A stretch of 17,594 nt of DNA from Acaryochloridaceae cyanobacterium VAR_48_metabat_390 (GTDB lineage: Bacteria; Cyanobacteriota; Cyanobacteriia; Thermosynechococcales; Thermosynechococcaceae): positions 1 to 17,594 of the forward strand of contig JANPLU010000087.1 in assembly GCA_031422435.1 (NCBI GenBank). Reading direction: 5' to 3'. Below the pieces are notes generated by a model that was given only the letters and a program-made list of their open reading frames with translations, had not been told where the DNA came from and did no database searches. Each line of letters begins with the position of its first letter. Within the stretch, counting starts at the first letter, position 1. Positions 8,046-14,558 of this stretch are shown piece after piece. The position numbers were made by a program, and so were the translations under genes.

Positions 8046-8869
8046 TAGGAATCCAAAATAATTTGTGAGACTCTAGAGAAAGTAATAATGTTAAAGCAAT
8101 GCTGTCTGAACTTAAAGATTTTATTTAGTCTAATCTAGATATTCGTGAATTGAAATGTACCGTAGCAGTGCAGATGTTTCTTAAGGAATACAAATATTGA
8201 GAAATTTAGGAGAGTTTATTTGTCAGCTCAGGGTTCATTAGCAGATGGACAGCCCTGCATGGAGAGCAGAGCGTATCAGGACTTAAGTCAAATTACTTAG
8301 ATTCGACGCAAAATCTAAACTTCAGCAGCACCAAGCGATAATCACTTGGCTAGACCCAAAAATTTTAGTGGGATAGAAAACTTTTTTGATTCTTAGAACA
8401 AACAGAATGAACGATAAAAATAGAGGCTGAAGCCCATTGCTCTCGTTCAAATCTTGAGATCTTCCAAAGAGTGCCATCTTTCCCATAATCCTTTATTCGT
8501 AAGGATTTCATGAGTTTTCTGTACCATCAAGCCCAAGAGTACTGAAATCTTGAAGAACTTCAAGTTCATATTAAGCAGGTGTAGGAGGCTGTCTTTGACT
8601 GTAGACAAAGCTTTTACACCTTTTTCACAGGGACTAGGATTAGCTGGAAGAAGACTCAAAAGCACAATGCCAAGACAGACCCCCAGCTGTTTGAAAAAAA
8701 GAAGAGGAGATCACAAAGTGATTAAACATTTATCGGAGAATGGATGCCATCTTTACAATTCTTTTCGTGCGGTCAAGGCTTGATTTGAGTTTGTAAACCA
8801 TCGATGAGTATTTGATGTCTCCAAGCTTTTTACTTATAGCTGCTTTTTATGAATCATTTTAGATTGCTA
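8046..8869 (+). mobile_element. Degenerate IS630-family element (transposase pseudogene, DDE core apparently deleted)
   Basis: Imperfect TIRs TAGGAATCCAAAATAATTTGTGAGA / revcomp TAGCAATCTAAAATGATTCATAAAA (18/25), TA on the left flank. Internal translation from 8099: MLSELKDFI*SNLDIRELKCTVAVQMFL...VSSGFISRWT...AIITWL, then QAQEY*NLEELQVHIKQV*EAVFDCRQSFY...ISWKKTQKHN (8639-8668), A7 run 8694-8700, then C-terminal ...SFRAVKA*FEFV...KLFTYSCF. Confidence 0.8.
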
Positions 8870-8948
8870 CATGAGGCTCTAGAGTTAGGATATTTGCTAA
8901 GTCCTAAAAATTCTAGTCCTCATGTGGGGCAGGGTTTAATTCACAATC

Positions 8949-9230
8949 CTAAGTTTTAGCCCGTGCTTGACGTACCATTGCAATGAGAACCTGGTGGGCA
9001 TCTTCAGAATCGGTGAGCGATCGCTCAAAGGGTACTCGAACCGTGATGGCCTCATCGCCTATCACCACATTGAGATCCATCCCCTCAGGATCGATCGCAT
9101 TCATCCGAGCAGCGGTGGCAGCTTCGGTTTTTCCGTAGACCTTGGCGTACATTAATACCGCTTCTGCATGATCATCATTCATGTGGGTGCAAATGCGCTG
9201 GCTTACTTCGGGGGTGATGGGGTCTGCCAT
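8949..9230 (-). CDS. DUF2470 domain protein (HugZ-like putative haem-binding domain)
   Basis: RICTHMNDDHAEAV...IDPEGMDL...VRVPF...DAHQVLIAM pattern; SD AGGAG. Confidence 0.88.
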   Translation of the reverse strand: MADPITPEVSQRICTHMNDDHAEAVLMYAKVYGKTEAATAARMNAIDPEGMDLNVVIGDEAITVRVPFERSLTDSEDAHQVLIAMVRQARAKT

Positions 9231-9266
9231 AAAGTCTCCTGAATGAGTATTGCTAATATTCTGGCG

Positions 9267-10397
9267 CTATTCACGTCCTGGGATAAAGCTAGTGGTGAGT
9301 TTTTTGATTGCGTTATTCGCAATATCCTTATAGCCCAGCTTTCCGCCCAGAATTTGACCGAACTTTTGGGTAGCAGCAGGTCGCTTCACGCCCAGACGGT
9401 AGCTTATGCCCGGAAGGCGATAAAACAGGCCAGACAGCCGCTGCGCCCACGCCATGTCTGCCCCCCACTTTTGGGCGATGACGTTGGTGTAATTTTCAAG
9501 GGCATTTCCGTCACCCGACAACGCCTGATGAATGGCTTCAGAAGCTTTTAATCCACTAAAAATAGAAGGACGAATGCCCTCAGCAGTCAACGGATCGACC
9601 ACACAGGCCGCCTCGCCAGCCAAAAGCGCATTTTGCGTATGTAGCGTTTGGTTACCATCCCAAAGACAGATTGGGTGCCCAAACTGCTTGATGGCCTTAA
9701 AATCTACCCCAAATAGCTTGGAGTATTCTGCCGCAATCTCCCGCAAATTTTGAGATTCACCCCGTCGAAAGGTGCCAATTCCAATCGAGTAGCCATCCGC
9801 TTTAGGAAAATTCCAGAGGTAGCCATTTTTGACCATGCCAAATTCAAAATGGGCGATGTGGCCGTCTTTAATGGGGATCATGGCTTCTGCCTCTAAAGCC
9901 GTGCCGATGCTACGCTTGCGCTCATTAAAGCCCAACCATTTTGCCATGGGGCCTTTCGCGCCATCTGCGGCAATTAGGTAGCGCCCTTGCGCTACGCCGT
10001 TGGCAGTATTGACCTGCCAGTGACTGCCCTTAAACTCAATGCCTGTCACCTCGGTACTGTCGCGCAACTCTGCACCCTGTTTTTGCGCCTGCTGCATCAG
10101 AAAATGGTCGAAAATATCTCGACGCACCATCCAGATTGGCTCGGCAGGGGTGAGGTCTGCCTCAAAGGAATCCTCCATTTTCCAGGTATAGCGGATGCTG
10201 CTGACCTTTAAGGAAATCGCCGGAGAAAAGTCAAAATCAAACCACTCTGCGATGACAGGAGAAACGCCGCCGCCACAAGGCTTATAGCGCGGTAGCGTCT
10301 CTTTTTCTAGTACCAGTACAGAATGCCCTTTCTTGGCAAGGTGATAGGCTGCGGTTCCACCAGCAGGGCCAGCACCGACAATGATGCAGTCAAACAT
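9267..10397 (-). CDS. Geranylgeranyl reductase family FAD-dependent oxidoreductase
   Basis: GAGPAG Rossmann motif, LPRYKPCGGG, IAADGA, GYLWNFPK, GEAACVVDPLTAEGIRPS. Confidence 0.9.
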   Translation of the reverse strand: MFDCIIVGAGPAGGTAAYHLAKKGHSVLVLEKETLPRYKPCGGGVSPVIAEWFDFDFSPAISLKVSSIRYTWKMEDSFEADLTPAEPIWMVRRDIFDHFLMQQAQKQGAELRDSTEVTGIEFKGSHWQVNTANGVAQGRYLIAADGAKGPMAKWLGFNERKRSIGTALEAEAMIPIKDGHIAHFEFGMVKNGYLWNFPKADGYSIGIGTFRRGESQNLREIAAEYSKLFGVDFKAIKQFGHPICLWDGNQTLHTQNALLAGEAACVVDPLTAEGIRPSIFSGLKASEAIHQALSGDGNALENYTNVIAQKWGADMAWAQRLSGLFYRLPGISYRLGVKRPAATQKFGQILGGKLGYKDIANNAIKKLTTSFIPGRE

Positions 10398-10476
10398 AGT
10401 TTAATTTGCGAGCCTAAGAAGATTGATCAACCATGCATACGGAGGTGGACATAAATAAAGTTACAGATTGGGATTG

Positions 10477-10537
10477 GGTCTCGACTACGCTCAACCCTCT
10501 GACCTACGAGATTTGAGGGTTGAGCGTAGCCGAAACC
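10477..10537 (-). repeat. REP-like 23-bp inverted repeat directly after the frr stop
   Basis: GGTCTCGACTACGCTCAACCCTC (10477-10499) and GAGGGTTGAGCGTAGCCGAAACC (10515-10537); the two mismatches are G-U pairs on the minus (transcribed) strand. Confidence 0.75.
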
Positions 10538-11085
10538 TAGACCGTCATAATCTCTTTTTCTTTCACTGCCAAGAGTTCATCAATTTTGGCGGTGTATTTG
10601 TCAGTGAGCTTCTGAACCTTATCCTGTAAGTCTTTAGACTCGTCTTCAGAAATCTCGCTGTTTTTAGCCTGCTTTCGCACCGCATCAATAGAGTCCCGAC
10701 GGATATTACGCACCGAGACTTTGCCCTCTTCTGCCAGTTTTGCCGCCATTTTGGTAAATTCTTTCCGTCGCTCTGTGGTTAGCGTCGGAATATTAAGGCG
10801 GATGACGTTGCCGTCGTTATTGGGCACTAGCCCCACGTCGGACATAGAGATGGCCTTTTCAATGGGACCTAGTAAATTCCGCTCAAAGGGCTGAATAGAA
10901 ATGGTGCCAGAATCTGGGGTGGCAATGGTGCAGACCGAGCGCAGCGGCGTTTCAGCGCCGTAGTACATAACGGTAATGCGGTCTAACAGCGAGGCATTTG
11001 CCCTGCCCGTGCGAATGGTGTTGAATGACCGTTGAGCTGACTCAACGGCTTTTTGCATGTGGTCTTCAGTATCAGCTAACTTCAC
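10537..11085 (-). CDS. frr: Ribosome recycling factor
   Basis: [47 protein letters not shown] start overlapping the pyrH 3' end; canonical pyrH-frr order. Confidence 0.97.
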   Translation of the reverse strand: MKLADTEDHMQKAVESAQRSFNTIRTGRANASLLDRITVMYYGAETPLRSVCTIATPDSGTISIQPFERNLLGPIEKAISMSDVGLVPNNDGNVIRLNIPTLTTERRKEFTKMAAKLAEEGKVSVRNIRRDSIDAVRKQAKNSEISEDESKDLQDKVQKLTDKYTAKIDELLAVKEKEIMTV

Positions 11086-11800
11086 AAGAACCTCCTACCA
11101 GGGTGCCAATAGACTCACCCGTTAATGCTCGTCGAATATTGTTGGGTACAGACAAATTAAACACCAAAATGGGCAGGTTGTTGTCTTTACAAAGGGCGAT
11201 CGCCGTACTGTCCATCACGCCTAATTCATGGGTAAGAACATGATTATAGGTTAAAGTCTTAAACTGCTTGGCATCAGGGTTAAGATTTGGGTCAGAGTCG
11301 TAGATTCCATCAACCTTGGTCGCCTTTAGAATCACTTCTGCGTCAATTTCAGCAGCGCGCAGGGCAGCAGCGGTATCCGTCGTAAAAAATGGGTTTCCAG
11401 AACCCGCCCCAAAAATAACCACGCGCCCCTTCTCAAGGTGACGGATGGCCTTGCGCCGAATGTAGGGTTCAGCCACCTGCTGCATCGGGATCGCAGACTG
11501 TACGCGAGTGGGGATACCTGATCGCTCTAGACAGTCTTGGAGCGTCATGGCGTTCATGACGGTGGCAATCATGCCGATATAGTCCGCAGTAGCGCGATCC
11601 ATCCCCGCAGAGGCACCTTTAACCCCTCTAAAAATGTTGCCGCCACCTACAACCACCGCAATTTGGATGCCCTGTCGGGCGACATCCGCAATTTCTTCGG
11701 CAACCTGCTGCACTACGGCGGGGTCAATGCCGTAGGGTAAGCTCCCCATAAGAGCTTCACCGCTGAGTTTCAACAAGACCCGCTGATACGTGTTTCCCAT
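11072..11800 (-). CDS. pyrH: Uridylate kinase
   Basis: [55 protein letters not shown] motifs. Confidence 0.98.
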   Translation of the reverse strand: MGNTYQRVLLKLSGEALMGSLPYGIDPAVVQQVAEEIADVARQGIQIAVVVGGGNIFRGVKGASAGMDRATADYIGMIATVMNAMTLQDCLERSGIPTRVQSAIPMQQVAEPYIRRKAIRHLEKGRVVIFGAGSGNPFFTTDTAAALRAAEIDAEVILKATKVDGIYDSDPNLNPDAKQFKTLTYNHVLTHELGVMDSTAIALCKDNNLPILVFNLSVPNNIRRALTGESIGTLVGGSCEVS

Positions 11801-11836
11801 GCAGCGCTTCTGTCTCGCTCAAAATACTTCCCACTC

Positions 11837-11865
11837 AAGATAGCAGGTTGGCAACCCTTTACAAT
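11837..11865. promoter_or_regulatory. Candidate back-to-back -10 elements for divergent pyrH and Uma2
   Basis: Minus strand TGCTATCTT (extended -10-like, 11837-11845) toward pyrH; plus strand TACAAT (11860-11865) toward Uma2. Confidence 0.4.
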
Positions 11866-11906
11866 GGTTTCAGATCTGAAGTTAGCCAAAATTTTGGAGG
11901 TTATCG

Positions 11907-12554
11907 GTGGTTGTTGCAGCGCCAGAACCGAAGTCTGAGATTTTATCTAGCCCCGTGGGAGAACAGCGGGTGGTGCTGCATGGCGTGTCTTGGGATGCTT
12001 ATCTTCAGATTTTGGATGCGCTGCCCCAATCTCGAAGCGCTCGGCTAACCTATGACGAAGGAGTGCTAGAGATTACGGTGCCGTTAGAAGATCATGAGTT
12101 TTCGGGTCGATTAATCGAGCGTTTTATTTTTACCCTTGTCGAAGTTTTGGGGCTGCGGATTAAAACGATGGGTTCAACTACGATGAACTATCCTTTTCTG
12201 CAAAAGGGTGCTGAACCAGATAATGCTTACTACATTCAAAATCAGCCTTTGGTGAAGGGGCGCAATGTAGATTTTGCCCAAGACCCGCCCCCTGATTTAG
12301 TGGTGGAGGTAGACATTACCCATACCGATATCCGAAAAAATCAGTTTTACGCAAGGATTGGGGTGCCAGAGTTTTGGCGTTTCAACGGTAAGATTTGGCG
12401 AATTTATCGGCTTGAGTCTGGGGAATATGTTGAAGTTGAAGTTAGCCCTACCTTTCCGCAGGTGCCAAAGGATCGGCTCTATCAGTTTTTGAATCAGGCG
12501 AAGGATGACGAGATTGAGGCAGTGCAGGCACTACGGGCAGCGATGACGTGTTGA
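11907..12554 (+). CDS. Uma2 (DUF820) family putative endonuclease
   Basis: VSWDAY, RLTYDEGVLEI, AEPDNAYY, PPPDLVVEVDIT, YARIGVPEFWRF; SD GGAGG before GTG. Confidence 0.93.
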   Translation: MVVAAPEPKSEILSSPVGEQRVVLHGVSWDAYLQILDALPQSRSARLTYDEGVLEITVPLEDHEFSGRLIERFIFTLVEVLGLRIKTMGSTTMNYPFLQKGAEPDNAYYIQNQPLVKGRNVDFAQDPPPDLVVEVDITHTDIRKNQFYARIGVPEFWRFNGKIWRIYRLESGEYVEVEVSPTFPQVPKDRLYQFLNQAKDDEIEAVQALRAAMTC

Positions 12555-12578
12555 CGAGCTATATTTGATGCGATCGCA

Positions 12579-12986
12579 TCAAGGCATCCAAAACTCTAAT
12601 GCTTTGAAAGCACTGAAGTCACGAAAATTGTAAGTCCACACTGGACAACGATAGCGTAGTGCCGTAAATACAACCATCGCATCTTCAAGAGAACCTTGCC
12701 AGCGAGGAAGTTTAAGCATCATTTCTTGAATGGACTGAAAATCATCGCGCTCTAACATCAGTATGTGTAAACTCTCGTTCATGACCTGCAATGCCTGCTG
12801 AGCAATGGAAGGCTGAGTTCTTTGGAGTAGCCATTTATAAACTTCAAAAACAATAGGAATCGGCGTTAGCAGAATGGTTGCAGATTCTATAAGTTCCTTG
12901 AACCCAGTGACGCACTGAGCATGGTAGGTGTCTTTGGCGTAAAACATGCCAATGAGAGGCCCTGCGTCAATCACGAGCCGTTTCAA
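12579..12986 (-). CDS. PIN-domain (VapC-like) toxin
   Basis: LVIDAGPL, IVFEVYKWL, SLEDAMV, VWTYNFRDF acidic PIN motifs; TTG start overlaps the upstream TGA (TTGA). Confidence 0.88.
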   Translation of the reverse strand: MKRLVIDAGPLIGMFYAKDTYHAQCVTGFKELIESATILLTPIPIVFEVYKWLLQRTQPSIAQQALQVMNESLHILMLERDDFQSIQEMMLKLPRWQGSLEDAMVVFTALRYRCPVWTYNFRDFSAFKALEFWMP

Positions 12987-13198
12987 TCTTTAAAGTCCTC
13001 AGCATGTTCAGAAGCTCCGCGTGGAGCTTCCTTCACAATTCCAGCCAGTTTCAGCAGTTTAGAACCATCTTTAGGCATCAATCTAATCTCTAAAACATCC
13101 TGAATGAGACTGGTCAAATTTTCTTCTGGATGTTGGTTCAGATATACCTTCAACTGATCAGCGAGTTGATCGGGTATCTCTAGCGTAAGTTGTGTCAT
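12983..13198 (-). CDS. Probable antitoxin (RHH-like N-terminus)
   Basis: 71 aa, MTQLTLEIPDQLADQLKVY beta-helix pattern, ends KLAGIV...RGASEHAED; 4-nt overlap with the PIN gene; SD AGAGGA. Confidence 0.75.
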   Translation of the reverse strand: MTQLTLEIPDQLADQLKVYLNQHPEENLTSLIQDVLEIRLMPKDGSKLLKLAGIVKEAPRGASEHAEDFKD

Positions 13199-13308
13199 GG
13201 TTTTAAGCTAAATCCTCTAAAGCTTTCTAAGATCTTAATCTCTGGCTCACGATTGTGCCCTTCTAATATGCGTTAGTAAGAGGAAGGGCGATCGCCAAAT
13301 CATACTCT

Positions 13309-13989
13309 ATGGATCAATCTCGTATGTCTGAAAATCGGCCTATCATTGTTGGCATTACGGGGGCTTCGGGTCTAATTTATGCGGTGCGAACGCTGAAATA
13401 CCTTTTGCAGGGTGGGTTTTCTGTCGAGCTAGTGGCATCTAAAGCCACCTACCAAGTCTGGAAAGCTGAAAATAATGTGCAGATGCCTGCCGAACCCGAT
13501 AAGCAGGAGCAGTTTTGGCGATCGCAGGCCGATGCTTGGGCAGGCGGCACACTCACCTGCCACCCTGCCACTGACGTGGGCGCAACCATTGCCAGCGGCT
13601 CGTTTCGTACCGCCGGAATGCTTGTGATTCCGTGCAGCATGAGTACCGTGGCAAAGCTGGCAGCGGGGTTAAGTACCGACCTGCTAGAGCGAGCGGCGGA
13701 TGTACAGCTTAAGGAAGGACGAAAGCTGGTGGTGGTGCCCCGCGAAACGCCCTTTAGTTTGATTCATTTACGAAACTTGACCGCCCTTGCCGAGGCTGGG
13801 GCGCGGATTGTGCCAGCGATTCCGGCCTGGTACCACCAGCCCCAAACCATTGAAGACCTGGTGGATTTTGTGGTCGCCCGTGCCCTCGATCAGCTTGACA
13901 TTGACTGTGTGCCATTGCGGCGTTGGGAAGGTTCACGAGCTGCTACTACGGCGCATCTTTCCACTGAGGGGTCAGATCTCGAAAGTTAA
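13309..13989 (+). CDS. ubiX: Flavin prenyltransferase UbiX (alternative start 13324)
   Basis: IVGITGASG, IASGSF, PCSMST, LLERAADVQLKEGRKLVVVPRETP, IHLRNL, PAWYHQP motifs. Confidence 0.95.
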   Translation: MDQSRMSENRPIIVGITGASGLIYAVRTLKYLLQGGFSVELVASKATYQVWKAENNVQMPAEPDKQEQFWRSQADAWAGGTLTCHPATDVGATIASGSFRTAGMLVIPCSMSTVAKLAAGLSTDLLERAADVQLKEGRKLVVVPRETPFSLIHLRNLTALAEAGARIVPAIPAWYHQPQTIEDLVDFVVARALDQLDIDCVPLRRWEGSRAATTAHLSTEGSDLES

Positions 13990-14545
13990 AGCTAGAGACA
14001 CTTGGGTGACAGCTTATACAGGTGCCAATTTTGACAGGCTCTGTAAATTTAACTTTGGGGTGGAGAATTTTGAAATACTGCGATCGCGCCACGCGGTAGG
14101 GCGGATCTTCTGTGGGGTTATTGGGGCGAGACAACGTGCGGGCGTACTTCCAGGCCAGTGCCAGGTCTGGGTTCCGCATAGGAGTCCACGGCACGCCATA
14201 GTGGTTGTCGTCTTCTAAAATATTTTTCCAGGATTCACTGGGCAACACTTCTGGCGGAATCCCAATATGGCAGGTAGCACACCGTGCTAAGTAGGTCTCT
14301 TGGGCAAGCTGAAGAGATGTAGGGATGGCATCTACGGTACCTATCGCAGGGGTGGCAGCCTGAGCTAGCACGGTAGCAGGCTGGGCGGCTTCTGAGACAG
14401 AATTTTGGCTGAGGGTTAAAGTCCAGCCGCAGAGACTGCTAAAGCCCAACACCAAAAGCACCAGCGTCCATACAGATTGCCGAGATTTACGGCGAACCTG
14501 CGGTAATCTGCGCCCCTTTTTTCGGAATTTCAACATACGCTGCAT
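13946..14545 (-). CDS. Diheme cytochrome c family protein
   Basis: Two CxxCH motifs (CATCH, CISCH); basic N-terminus plus hydrophobic anchor/signal. Start placed at ATG 14545 (or 14536), just downstream of the ClC stop, rather than 14680. Confidence 0.85.
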   Translation of the reverse strand: MQRMLKFRKKGRRLPQVRRKSRQSVWTLVLLVLGFSSLCGWTLTLSQNSVSEAAQPATVLAQAATPAIGTVDAIPTSLQLAQETYLARCATCHIGIPPEVLPSESWKNILEDDNHYGVPWTPMRNPDLALAWKYARTLSRPNNPTEDPPYRVARSQYFKILHPKVKFTEPVKIGTCISCHPSVSSFNFRDLTPQWKDAP

Positions 14546-14558
14546 TTTCTCATCTTCA

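Noticed and set aside
8447..8783. ORFs 8447..8665(-) and 8550..8783(+) as small genes
   Set aside because: They are shadow or chimeric frames over the IS630 relic; only the last residues of 8550..8783 are in the transposase C-terminal frame.
7723..8948. CRISPR array or leader, or retron-like ncRNA, in the long intergenic region
   Set aside because: No regularly spaced direct repeats and no cas or reverse-transcriptase gene; the region is largely explained by IS and MITE debris.
4606..8950. Classical tRNA-integrated genomic island at tRNA-Lys
   Set aside because: The accessory block lies 5' of the tRNA, fbaA lies on its 3' side, and no duplicated tRNA 3' end (att site) was found.
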